Origin: a bacterium
GTDB lineage: Bacteria; 4484-113
Length of the DNA stretch: 47,518 nucleotides
NCBI GenBank assembly: GCA_029932365.1
Contig: JAOZQG010000005.1
Location: 1-47,518 of the forward strand
Reading direction: 5' to 3'
A program made the translations under genes and the position numbers. Of the stretch, positions 15,517 to 24,078 are shown in pieces. Every line of letters begins with the position of its first letter. The stretch's first letter is position 1. The notes beneath the pieces are model-generated. The model was not told where the DNA came from, searched no databases, and saw only the letters and a list, made by a program, of their open reading frames with translations.

Positions 15517-17553
15517 ATGGAGTTTTCAAAAGAACTTGAGGACACTCAAGAAGAAATCGAAGAGCTGACCGACGAGCAGCTAGCCGCGCTCGCCGCCGAC
15601 GAGAACGGCGAGGATATACCCGTCTACCATCTGGACATCCCGACCGACACCGACGCCGAAGCGGTCGAGGCGCTCCTTGAGGAAAGGCCTCCGGCGGAAA
15701 AGAAAGAAGAAGTCGCCCTCGCCGAGCGTCCTTCTGTAGATAAGCCGGAGAAGACTGTAGCCGAAAGGCCTGCAAGAGCTATCGATGAAGACGGAAAGAA
15801 GGCCAAAGTCGCCGAGAAAGAGCGCGAACTGCCCGCCCGACCGGTGGAAGTGGAAGCCGGTGTGCGCAACAGCTTCGGTGCGCTGGCCATAAGGCGCGGA
15901 TTGATTACCCGAGAACAGCTCGATGCGGCACTGGACAGGCAGAAGCAATCCAAGAAAAAGCTGGGCGCCATTCTCGTCGAGCTAGGCGCTCTGTCCGCAC
16001 AACAGACCGCTGAGATTCTAGCGGAGCAGCTGCACATTGATTTCTTCGACGTAAAAGACTACGTATACGACCCCAGCGTCGCTGACTTAATACCTGAGCG
16101 ACTCATAGAACGTTACTCGGTTTTGCCGTTGCGACGGCAAGGGAACAAGCTGTACGTTGTGACGCACGACCCATTGGACTTCCAGGCGATTGAGAACATC
16201 CGCCTGGCAACCGGTCTGTCCGTGGTACCGGTACTTGGACTGGAAGAAGACATCAAGAAGGTCATCTTCAAATACTTCGGCGCGCAGGCCGCGGAGGACG
16301 CGCTTGAGCTACTCTCCGGCGACGAGGATACCGCCGCCGATACCGGCGAGGACCTATCGCTCACCTACAACGACGCTCCCATCGTCAGTCTGGTAAACAC
16401 GATCCTCGAAAGCGCCATCCGAGAGCACGCTTCTGACATCCATATGGAGCCCACGCCCACGAACATGCGCATCCGCCAGCGCATTGACGGCGTGCTTCAC
16501 CAGTCCATGACCGTGCCCAAAAAAGTGCAGCCCCTGGTGACCAGCCGCATCAAAATTATGGGCAAGCTGGACATCGCCGAAAAGCGTCTGCCGCAGGACG
16601 GAAAGATCAAGGTCTTTGTGGACAAACACGAAGTGGATATCCGGTTATCCAGCGTTCCGACGGTGTTTGGCGAGAAACTGGTCATGCGACTGCTGGATAA
16701 ATCGCGCGGCATCGTTACCCTAGACAAGCTGGGCCTGACCGATGATGAGATGTCGCGCGTACAGAAGATGATCTCGTCGCCTAATGGAGTCATCCTTCTC
16801 ACCGGTCCAACCGGAAGTGGCAAAACCACGACGCTGTACTCCATGATAAACGAGATCAACAAGCCTGACATAAACATCACTACAGTCGAGGACCCGGTCG
16901 AGTACCAGCTTGAAGGCCTAAACCAGGTGAACGTAAACAAGAAGGCAGGCCTTACCTTCGCCAATGCGCTCCGGTCGTTTTTGCGCCAGGACCCCGATAT
17001 TATTATGGTCGGCGAGATCCGCGACAAAGAAACGGCGGAAATCGCGGTGCAGGCCGCCCTTACTGGCCACCTGGTGCTATCCACCATTCATACAAACGAC
17101 GCACCGAGCACGGTCTCGCGCCTTCAGCATATGGGCGTGGAGCCATTCCTTATTTCAGCATCGATAACCGGCATCATCTCCCAGCGCCTGGTTCGCACAA
17201 TCTGCCCCAACTGCGCAGAAGAAGTTGAATACGACGACGACAAGCTAAAAACCATACAAAACTACCTTCCCAAGGGCACCGAGTACCATTTCAAGGTCGG
17301 CCGCGGCTGCGCGGCATGCCACCAGACCGGCTACAAAGGCCGTACCGCCATCTACGAGGTCCTGCTCGTCACCACTCCGCTCAGAGAGGCTGTCGTGGCG
17401 GGGAAGGACACCGAGGAGCTGCGCGAAATAGCCTGTAGGGAAGGAATGAAGCCCCTCGTTGAATGCGGCATGCTCAGAGCCGCTAGAGGCATTACTACAA
17501 TAGAGGAAGTCCTACGCGTGGCCCGAACCGAGGACCTACCCAACTCGGAATAG
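15517..17553 (+). CDS. pilB: Type IV pilus extension ATPase PilB (GspE family) with an acidic N-terminal extension and an MshEN-type N-domain
   Basis: Walker A LLTGPTGSGKTTTLYS, Asp/His boxes, and a tetracysteine motif (CPNCAEE...GRGCAACHQTGYKGR). T2SSE_N domain at aa 119-171. Confidence 0.93.
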   Translation: MEFSKELEDTQEEIEELTDEQLAALAADENGEDIPVYHLDIPTDTDAEAVEALLEERPPAEKKEEVALAERPSVDKPEKTVAERPARAIDEDGKKAKVAEKERELPARPVEVEAGVRNSFGALAIRRGLITREQLDAALDRQKQSKKKLGAILVELGALSAQQTAEILAEQLHIDFFDVKDYVYDPSVADLIPERLIERYSVLPLRRQGNKLYVVTHDPLDFQAIENIRLATGLSVVPVLGLEEDIKKVIFKYFGAQAAEDALELLSGDEDTAADTGEDLSLTYNDAPIVSLVNTILESAIREHASDIHMEPTPTNMRIRQRIDGVLHQSMTVPKKVQPLVTSRIKIMGKLDIAEKRLPQDGKIKVFVDKHEVDIRLSSVPTVFGEKLVMRLLDKSRGIVTLDKLGLTDDEMSRVQKMISSPNGVILLTGPTGSGKTTTLYSMINEINKPDINITTVEDPVEYQLEGLNQVNVNKKAGLTFANALRSFLRQDPDIIMVGEIRDKETAEIAVQAALTGHLVLSTIHTNDAPSTVSRLQHMGVEPFLISASITGIISQRLVRTICPNCAEEVEYDDDKLKTIQNYLPKGTEYHFKVGRGCAACHQTGYKGRTAIYEVLLVTTPLREAVVAGKDTEELREIACREGMKPLVECGMLRAARGITTIEEVLRVARTEDLPNSE

Positions 17554-17574
17554 GCGACGCACCAGGCGATAACC

Positions 17575-18657
17575 GTGGAAAAATTTTCCAAAACAATCAG
17601 GGACCTACTCATGGAAGCGGCCGACCGCAACGCTTCCGATTTACATCTGACTACTGGTGTGCCCCCGGTGCTGCGCATCGACGGCGAGTTGCATCCCACT
17701 GATGACCCGAAGCTAGACCCTGAGACAATCAGAGGGCTCGTATATTCCGCGATGATGGAGCGCCAGATAAAAAGCTTTGAGGAAACCCACGAGCTGGACT
17801 TCGCAATGAGCTGGCCCAAGATCGGGCGCTTCAGGGTTAACGTGTTTCAGCAGCGCGGCTCTGTAGCCGCAGTTTTACGAACCATTCCCCATACAATACG
17901 GACGCTGGATGAGATTGGCGTCAGTCCAGTAATGAAGGACATCATCGTCAAGCCCCGGGGCATGATCCTGATAACGGGCCCCACCGGAAGCGGCAAGTCC
18001 ACAACGCTCGCGGCCATCGTCAACTATATTAATCAAAACCGCCGCTGCCACATCATCACCATAGAGGATCCAATCGAGTACCTGTTCCGCCACGATAAAG
18101 CAATCGTGAACCAGAGAGAAGTCGGCGAAGATACTTACGGTTTTGCTCCGGCTCTCAAGCATGTCCTGCGCCAGGATCCAGACGTAATTATGGTCGGGGA
18201 GCTGCGCGACCTTGAGACTATGGAAACCGCCATTACCGCAGCCGAGACCGGCCACCTGGTGCTAGGCACGCTGCACACCAACGACTCAACCCAGGCGATT
18301 GACCGCATTGTTGACGCGTTCCCGGCGAACCAGCAGGAGCAGATACGCATCCAGCTCGGTGCTACACTGGAAGCGATAATGTCCCAAACGCTTTGCCGCC
18401 GAATGGGCGGTGGCCGTATTCTGGCCTATGAATTGATGATTGGCACAAATGCGGTTAAATCACTGGTTCGCGAAGGCAAGACGCATCAGCTCAGTTCCGT
18501 CATTCAAACCTCGCAGAAGCAGGGAATGCAGACTCTTGATATGCATCTAATGAAGCTAATCGATAAGGGGATGATCGCCTTCGATGAGGGCTACAGCAAA
18601 GCGATTTATCCGGAAGCGTTCAAGAAAAAAGATGTCACTATGGGGGTTATGCGTTAG
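17575..18657 (+). CDS. pilT: Type IV pilus retraction ATPase PilT
   Basis: ASDLHLTTGVPPVLRIDGEL, Walker A ILITGPTGSGKSTTLAA, and HLVLGTLHTNDSTQAIDRIVD. 360 aa, GTG start. Confidence 0.92.
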   Translation: MEKFSKTIRDLLMEAADRNASDLHLTTGVPPVLRIDGELHPTDDPKLDPETIRGLVYSAMMERQIKSFEETHELDFAMSWPKIGRFRVNVFQQRGSVAAVLRTIPHTIRTLDEIGVSPVMKDIIVKPRGMILITGPTGSGKSTTLAAIVNYINQNRRCHIITIEDPIEYLFRHDKAIVNQREVGEDTYGFAPALKHVLRQDPDVIMVGELRDLETMETAITAAETGHLVLGTLHTNDSTQAIDRIVDAFPANQQEQIRIQLGATLEAIMSQTLCRRMGGGRILAYELMIGTNAVKSLVREGKTHQLSSVIQTSQKQGMQTLDMHLMKLIDKGMIAFDEGYSKAIYPEAFKKKDVTMGVMR

Positions 18658-18659
18658 CT

Positions 18660-19892
18660 ATGGCTTACTTTACATACGTTGCACGTGATAGGAACGGCAA
18701 GACTTCGCGTGGCAGCATGGAAGCCTCCGATCGCCGGTCGGCAGTGAGCAAGCTGCGCGAGTCCGGCCTCATAGTTGCCACGATAACCGAGGCCAAGAAG
18801 TCCGCAGGCCTTGGCAAAGCGTTCGGTGCCGAGGGCATTTTCGCCAAGCGCGTCAAGATGAAGGACCTCGCAGTCTTCAGCAAGCAGTTTTCCGCGATGA
18901 TCGACTCGGGAATAGACGTGCTGCGCTGCTTGAAGATACTCTCCAAGCAAACATCCAATCCCCTATTCCAAAAAATTATCACCCAAGTGCACAGCGACGT
19001 GTCCGAGGGACTCGAGCTGGCTCAAGCTATGGCCAAACACCCGAACGCCTTCCCCAGCTTGTACGTGTCGCTTGTCAGGGCCAGCGAGGAATCTGGCTCG
19101 CTGGATATTGTGCTGGCGCGCCTGGCGGACTCGCTGGAGAAGGAAATGAACCTGCGCAACCAGGTGGCAGCCGGCCTTAAATATCCCCAGACCATCGCTA
19201 TCGCCGCTATCATCATCCTCACGATTATGATGATATTCGTCATTCCGACGTTCGCCGAGATGTTCAGCAGCCTGGGCGGACGCCTGCCGGTGATGACACG
19301 GGTTCTTATCGGCGCGGCTACCTTTATGAGGAAGTACTGGTGGGCTCTCGTCCTCATTTATTTCGCTTTTCCCTTTACCTTGCGGCTTATCAATAGCACA
19401 AAGGGCGGACGGCTGGGGCTTGACCGTTTGAAATTGCGGCTCCCAGTATTCGGGCAGCTTACGCAGAAGGTTATCGTTGCCCGCTTCACACGGAACCTGG
19501 CCACGATGCTCGGCAACGGCATTCCGATTCTGCGCGCTCTGGAGATTGTGGACGAAGCCGCGGGTAACGTCGTCTTCGAAACGGCGATAAAGCGAATCAA
19601 GGAGTCTGTTAAAGAAGGGGAGAGCATCGCCGGCCCGATGGAAGCCAGCAGGCTGTTCCCGCCGATGGTTCCTGCCATGGTGGCGGTCGGCGAAGAGTCG
19701 GGCGACCTGGACGGGATGCTCACCAAGGTCGCCGACTTTTACGATAGCGAAATCGACGCTATGGTAAAGGTACTCACCAGCTTGCTGGAGCCGATAATGA
19801 TTTCGGTGATGGGCGCAGTCGTCGGTTTCATCGTAATCTCGCTCTTCCTACCCCTTTTCGAGCTGATTAAATTGGTTCGGGATATGAAGTAG
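18660..19892 (+). CDS. pilC: Type IV pilus platform protein PilC (GspF family)
   Basis: Two T2SSF repeats (FSKQFSAMIDSGIDVLRCL...; FTRNLATMLGNGIPILRAL...) and three TM segments. Starts 2 nt after the pilT stop. Confidence 0.92.
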   Translation: MAYFTYVARDRNGKTSRGSMEASDRRSAVSKLRESGLIVATITEAKKSAGLGKAFGAEGIFAKRVKMKDLAVFSKQFSAMIDSGIDVLRCLKILSKQTSNPLFQKIITQVHSDVSEGLELAQAMAKHPNAFPSLYVSLVRASEESGSLDIVLARLADSLEKEMNLRNQVAAGLKYPQTIAIAAIIILTIMMIFVIPTFAEMFSSLGGRLPVMTRVLIGAATFMRKYWWALVLIYFAFPFTLRLINSTKGGRLGLDRLKLRLPVFGQLTQKVIVARFTRNLATMLGNGIPILRALEIVDEAAGNVVFETAIKRIKESVKEGESIAGPMEASRLFPPMVPAMVAVGEESGDLDGMLTKVADFYDSEIDAMVKVLTSLLEPIMISVMGAVVGFIVISLFLPLFELIKLVRDMK

Positions 19893-19959
19893 AAGTAGGC
19901 GGACGCACGTGCGCTATATCCGGCCAAGCGCCTGGGATGCGAAATTTGACGATTTGAGG

Positions 19960-19965
19960 TATAAT
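19960..19965 (+). promoter_or_regulatory. -10 hexamer TATAAT upstream of pilA
   Basis: ggtataat lies 80 nt upstream of ATG 20046 in an AT-rich gap. No properly spaced -35 is present. Confidence 0.35.
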
Positions 19966-20045
19966 ACAAAAGTCATCTGTGAAACAAAGGAACCGTGAAA
20001 CGATAAATGTCTGTATCATTTCCTGAAAAGGGGGTGAGAAGCACA

Positions 20046-20441
20046 ATGCTAAAGCGCATTAAAGGACGTAAGGGCTTTACGCTAATTGAGCTGCTGATCG
20101 TCGTGGCGATCATCGGTATCATCGCGGCTATCGCGGTGCCGACTCTGGTCTCGACGCGTGGTGCGGCTGTAGACTCCAAAGCCAAGGCCAATCTGCGTAC
20201 GCTGTCGTCCGCCCAGGCGGCCTACCTCGCTAAGAACGGCGAGTACGGCTCGTGGGCCGAGCTGGTCGCGGACGGGTATCTGGACGATACCTGGACCGGC
20301 CAAAAGCTCACCGGCGAGGACGGCGTGACCTACAGCGAGACCCAGGAAGGCGGACCGTCCGGCTTTGAGGGGCAGGCGGCAATCGAGAACGGCAAGACGT
20401 ACAAAATCGACGAAACCGGCGCGATACAGGAGGTAACCTAA
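20046..20441 (+). CDS. pilA: Major type IV pilin PilA (131 aa, cysteine-free)
   Basis: MLKRIKGRKG|FTLIELLIVVAIIGIIAAIAVP with Glu+5. AAGGGGGTGA SD 8 nt upstream. No Cys, so no C-terminal disulfide loop. Start moved from 20007 to 20046. Confidence 0.88.
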   Translation: MLKRIKGRKGFTLIELLIVVAIIGIIAAIAVPTLVSTRGAAVDSKAKANLRTLSSAQAAYLAKNGEYGSWAELVADGYLDDTWTGQKLTGEDGVTYSETQEGGPSGFEGQAAIENGKTYKIDETGAIQEVT

Positions 20442-20485
20442 CAGAAGCCGCTAGTCCGCTAACCGTTTGAAAATCGTAAATTTGC

Positions 20486-20541
20486 GGGCCGATAGGAGGT
20501 GGGGTAGATATCCGGCCTCCTATCGGTCCGCTTATTATTTT
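20486..20541 (+). terminator. Rho-independent terminator after pilA
   Basis: 11-bp perfect stem CCGATAGGAGG (20489..20499) / CCTCCTATCGG (20516..20526), followed by gcTTATTATTTT. Confidence 0.65.
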
Positions 20542-20567
20542 AAGGAAAAGGGGAACGGTATCAACAA

Positions 20568-21623
20568 GTGACCGTAAAGGCACACAGAGTGGTTGGGTTA
20601 GATTTCTTGCCCGGCCGGGTTAGGGCCGTGGCCCTCGCCGGCTCAAGTAAGAAATTCAACGTGACGGCGATGCAAAGCATCATCCTGCCCACGCCGGAGG
20701 ATGATCCCACGCACTTTGAACCGCAAGAGGTGGCCATCTCACTGCGCGATTTCGTGCAGTCGGCGAATTTGAAGCACTACATGGCCGCTGTCTCCTTCCA
20801 GGAACGAAAGAGCATCCTCCGCTTGCTGACCATGCCGGTCATGCCGGATGACGAGCTGGCCAACACCATTCGGTTCGAGTTCGACCAGGTCATGGAAGAA
20901 AACATCGATGAGTTCACGATAGACTACACGATTCTGGGCGAAGTCGAAGGTGGAGAAGGGCAGTCTAAATACAGCATCCTGGTGGCAATAGTGCCGAAAA
21001 ACTCGCTTTATCCCTATATTGAGGCGGTTGAAGCGGCGCGCCTGCCACTGGTGCGGATTGACCTTCCTGTAATCGCTAACATCTCTGCGTTGCATATGAC
21101 CGACGAGAAACTACTCAGCCGGAATTCCGTAGTGGTGCACCTGGAACAGGTAGGCGGGGACGTGATCTTATTTGACCGGGGCGAGTTTGCGTTCGTTCGG
21201 CGCATAACCGCTGGGCTGTCGGAGCTTAAATACTCCTTCGCCGGTGCCCTCGAAACCCAGGAGGAAATCGAATCCATAGGCGGATACCGGCAGGACGAGT
21301 ACAAACTGCCGGAAGAGCACGGTCAGCTGGCCAAGCCGCTCGTGGACATGGTCCTGTCTGAAGTAGAACGGACGCTTTCCTTCTACAAAAGCCAGATACA
21401 GATGCTCGACTACGATTACGATGAGCTTATTTTATGCGGTACCGGCGTCTGGCCGCGAAACCTGGCCACGTTCATTGAAAAGGAGTCGGAACAGAAAGTT
21501 ACGCTGGCCGACCCCTTATCCGGGGTTAAGAACTCATTCACCTTCACACCGGAGGTAGAGGAATCCATGACCATGCCCCAGTTTGGCGCAGCCCTGGGAC
21601 TGGCCCTGGAATCCCTAGTGTAA
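20568..21623 (+). CDS. pilM: Type IV pilus assembly protein PilM (actin-like ATPase fold)
   Basis: VVGLDFLPGRVRAVAL start and 351 aa, immediately upstream of pilN. GTG start. Confidence 0.85.
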   Translation: MTVKAHRVVGLDFLPGRVRAVALAGSSKKFNVTAMQSIILPTPEDDPTHFEPQEVAISLRDFVQSANLKHYMAAVSFQERKSILRLLTMPVMPDDELANTIRFEFDQVMEENIDEFTIDYTILGEVEGGEGQSKYSILVAIVPKNSLYPYIEAVEAARLPLVRIDLPVIANISALHMTDEKLLSRNSVVVHLEQVGGDVILFDRGEFAFVRRITAGLSELKYSFAGALETQEEIESIGGYRQDEYKLPEEHGQLAKPLVDMVLSEVERTLSFYKSQIQMLDYDYDELILCGTGVWPRNLATFIEKESEQKVTLADPLSGVKNSFTFTPEVEESMTMPQFGAALGLALESLV

Positions 21624-21626
21624 CTG

Positions 21627-22307
21627 ATGGAACGACGATTAGACATAAACCTTCTGCCACCGGAGTTCCTTCCGCAACCGGCGATTCGCTGGCATCCGAT
21701 CTACCTGTCCCTTTTATACGCCCTCTCCGTTTTTCTTATCCTTTATGTGGGCCTGATAAGCCTAAACCAGGTGAAAAACCTCGAGGTTGAGGTCAAAGAG
21801 GCCCAGGGGGACGTAAGTCGACTGGAACCCTTCGCAAAAGCGTATGATCTGGCTGAAGAGTCTATAAAATCTCTGGAAAACATGAAGCGCCTATTCGTTT
21901 ACCTCGAAAGGCACTACGTGGATTGGCCCCTGTTCTTCCACCACCTTAAACCCAACCTGCCCAAGGGAATCTGGCTGACCCAGGTTGAAAGCTCTACCGT
22001 AACCAAGGCGCCGGTCACTAAGCGAAGGTCCCGCTCCGAGGAAGAGGGCGAAGAAACCGAACCCGTTGTCCCACTACATACGGGAGATATAAACCTGCAG
22101 GGCATGATAAACGGTTACTCGCTACTCCCACTCTCCACCCTAATCAAGAATCTGCAAGAAGACCCGTACTTCAATGAGCCGTACTTACTGGGAAGCGAAT
22201 TGCAGGAAAACGAAGACGGGGTTGTGCGATGGTTTGAAATAAGCGTGCGCGTGAGCATCCCCGAGCCCGAAAAAGATGAAAACGAAGGTGGTGGGCCAAA
22301 TGAGTGA
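21627..22307 (+). CDS. pilN: PilN-like inner-membrane pilus alignment protein
   Basis: The LDINLLPPEF motif, then a TM helix, then a periplasmic coiled coil/ferredoxin-like part. Acidic tail. Confidence 0.75.
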   Translation: MERRLDINLLPPEFLPQPAIRWHPIYLSLLYALSVFLILYVGLISLNQVKNLEVEVKEAQGDVSRLEPFAKAYDLAEESIKSLENMKRLFVYLERHYVDWPLFFHHLKPNLPKGIWLTQVESSTVTKAPVTKRRSRSEEEGEETEPVVPLHTGDINLQGMINGYSLLPLSTLIKNLQEDPYFNEPYLLGSELQENEDGVVRWFEISVRVSIPEPEKDENEGGGPNE

Positions 22308-23097
22308 ACGCAGAAGAATGATAAGGCTTGTTTGGATCAACACCATCATTGTCGTTCTACTTGTGGGGCTAATCGTTGGCGGCACGTACTACTTCGCGTC
22401 AAATAGGCTTGCCGAACTCCGAGCGCAGCTGGATTCTCTCACTCAGAGGGCTAGTGCTATGGCTGCCAAGCAGCAGGAGCTGCCCACCATTCGCAACCGT
22501 CTCGGCATTTTGCTGGCCGAGAGCCGGAAGCTGAACCAGCTTCTGCCGAATAATCCGGCGCAAAAGGAGCTTGTTACATTCTTGCAGCAAAACGTGGACG
22601 GCGCTAATTGCGAAGTAGTCACCCTGGATATGAAATCCCCCGATGATTTAAAGCTGCTGGCCAAGACTGAGAGCGCTTACACGGAGATGGAAAAGGAGCT
22701 GGACCCAGAAATTGTAGAAAAAACCAAAGTTATTGAAACCAATCTTTCCGTGCGCGGTGGTTTTGTAAATTTGCTAGCCTTCGTCGAAAACATGAAGCGC
22801 TCCGGACGCTTCTTCCTAATTAACAGGATAAGTGCCCCCGAGCGAAGGGGAGGAACACAGGACGTTTTCTCCGAAATAACCACCATGGGCTTTGAACTTC
22901 GGGGCGAGTTTTACTACACCACGGCTAAGGTGGACATCGCGGAGAGATTCGACGAACTGAAAGAGAGCCTGGAGGAAGTCCTGCCGGCCAGGCCCATCGA
23001 AGAGGTTTCGGAGGAGAAAGGCGAATTAATTACGATTGCCGCAGACGGCAGCGAAATGCCCGTCATAGTACCCGAAGAGGAGGAGACCGCCGGATAA
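22300..23097 (+). CDS. pilO: PilO-like pilus alignment protein
   Basis: TM helix (VWINTIIVVLLVGLIVGG), coiled coil, then a globular domain. ATG 22300 has a GAAGGTGGTG SD and overlaps the pilN stop by 8 nt. Confidence 0.7.
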   Translation: MSERRRMIRLVWINTIIVVLLVGLIVGGTYYFASNRLAELRAQLDSLTQRASAMAAKQQELPTIRNRLGILLAESRKLNQLLPNNPAQKELVTFLQQNVDGANCEVVTLDMKSPDDLKLLAKTESAYTEMEKELDPEIVEKTKVIETNLSVRGGFVNLLAFVENMKRSGRFFLINRISAPERRGGTQDVFSEITTMGFELRGEFYYTTAKVDIAERFDELKESLEEVLPARPIEEVSEEKGELITIAADGSEMPVIVPEEEETAG

Positions 23098-23115
23098 GCG
23101 GCCCGGGATAACGAT

Positions 23116-24078
23116 ATGGAGAAGGAGCGACCAAAAACTGGCAGGATAGTAACACTAGCAATACTGGGTTTGCTGGTGATTATTGCCGTTGTAATCTGGT
23201 CTCTGTTCTACAGCAAATCCCAGGCACCGGTGGAACCTGTATATACGCCACCGGCTACCGTCGAACAGCAATCTTCTGAAGCTGCGGGCGAGGAGCCGCC
23301 GGCGGCACCCGAAGAAGTCCCGGTTTCTGAAGCCGAAGCCGCAGACGCCGAAGTAGTCCCCGAGGAAGGCAAACCTTCGCCGGACGAACAGGCAACAGCG
23401 GTTACCGACGAGGAGGAACCCGCAGAAGAAGAAGCAACCGCTCCGCCTGCTGCTGAAAAAGAGCAGGTCGCAGAGGAGACAGTAGAAGCCAAGGCTCCTG
23501 TAGAGGAAGCAGCGGAAGCCGAGACGGTAACCGAGGAACCGGTACCCGCCGAAGAGGCCGCGGAAGTGCAGGCGGCCGAGCCGGAAGAAGCTGCCACCGA
23601 AGAAAAAAAACTACCCTCTATCACGTTCATGGACGAAAAGGTGGAGCAGAGTTTTGAAAACTCCAGGTTCTTCGCTACCAACCGCGTATCTCCGTCTGGA
23701 AATCCCTTCGCGCCACCGCCCAACAGGATACTGCCACGTTACCTCCAGGGACCGGCGGAGCAAATTGAGAGCTTTCCCGGTATGTCAGAATTACTTGAAC
23801 AAGGCGTCGAAACCGGCGAGATCCCGCTGCTACCAATGCCCGGAGAACTCTTGGGTCCGGAAATCCAAGTACGACTCATCGGGGTCTCGCAGAGCGGTAG
23901 TAACTCCACCGCCATGTTTGCCGTGACCGGCGGGGAAGGGGAATCAATTATTTTGGCGCATGCTGGTTGGCTAGTAGGAAACGATTACGTTTTCATTGGC
24001 GCCGAGAATGGCCGGGCGAAAATCTTTGATCGCAGGTCTAACACGGTCATTCAGCTTTCTACAGGGGAGACCTTATGA
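23116..24078 (+). CDS. pilP: PilP-like protein with a ~120-aa E/P/A-rich acidic spacer
   Basis: Lies between pilO and pilQ. N-terminal TM anchor. C-terminal beta-sandwich-like pattern VRLIGVSQSGSNSTAMFAVTGGEGESIILAHAGWLVGNDYVFIGAENGRAKIFD. ATGA overlap with pilQ. Confidence 0.55.
   Translation: MEKERPKTGRIVTLAILGLLVIIAVVIWSLFYSKSQAPVEPVYTPPATVEQQSSEAAGEEPPAAPEEVPVSEAEAADAEVVPEEGKPSPDEQATAVTDEEEPAEEEATAPPAAEKEQVAEETVEAKAPVEEAAEAETVTEEPVPAEEAAEVQAAEPEEAATEEKKLPSITFMDEKVEQSFENSRFFATNRVSPSGNPFAPPPNRILPRYLQGPAEQIESFPGMSELLEQGVETGEIPLLPMPGELLGPEIQVRLIGVSQSGSNSTAMFAVTGGEGESIILAHAGWLVGNDYVFIGAENGRAKIFDRRSNTVIQLSTGETL

Noticed and set aside
19933-19951. Sigma-54 promoter (TGGGAT..TTTGA) upstream of pilA
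   Set aside because: The GG and GC dinucleotides cannot be placed at the required spacing, and there is no TTGC element. A plain TATAAT at 19960 is the better candidate.
19946-19951. TTGACG as the -35 element for the pilA TATAAT
   Set aside because: It is only 8 nt from the -10 hexamer, far from the 16-18 nt required.
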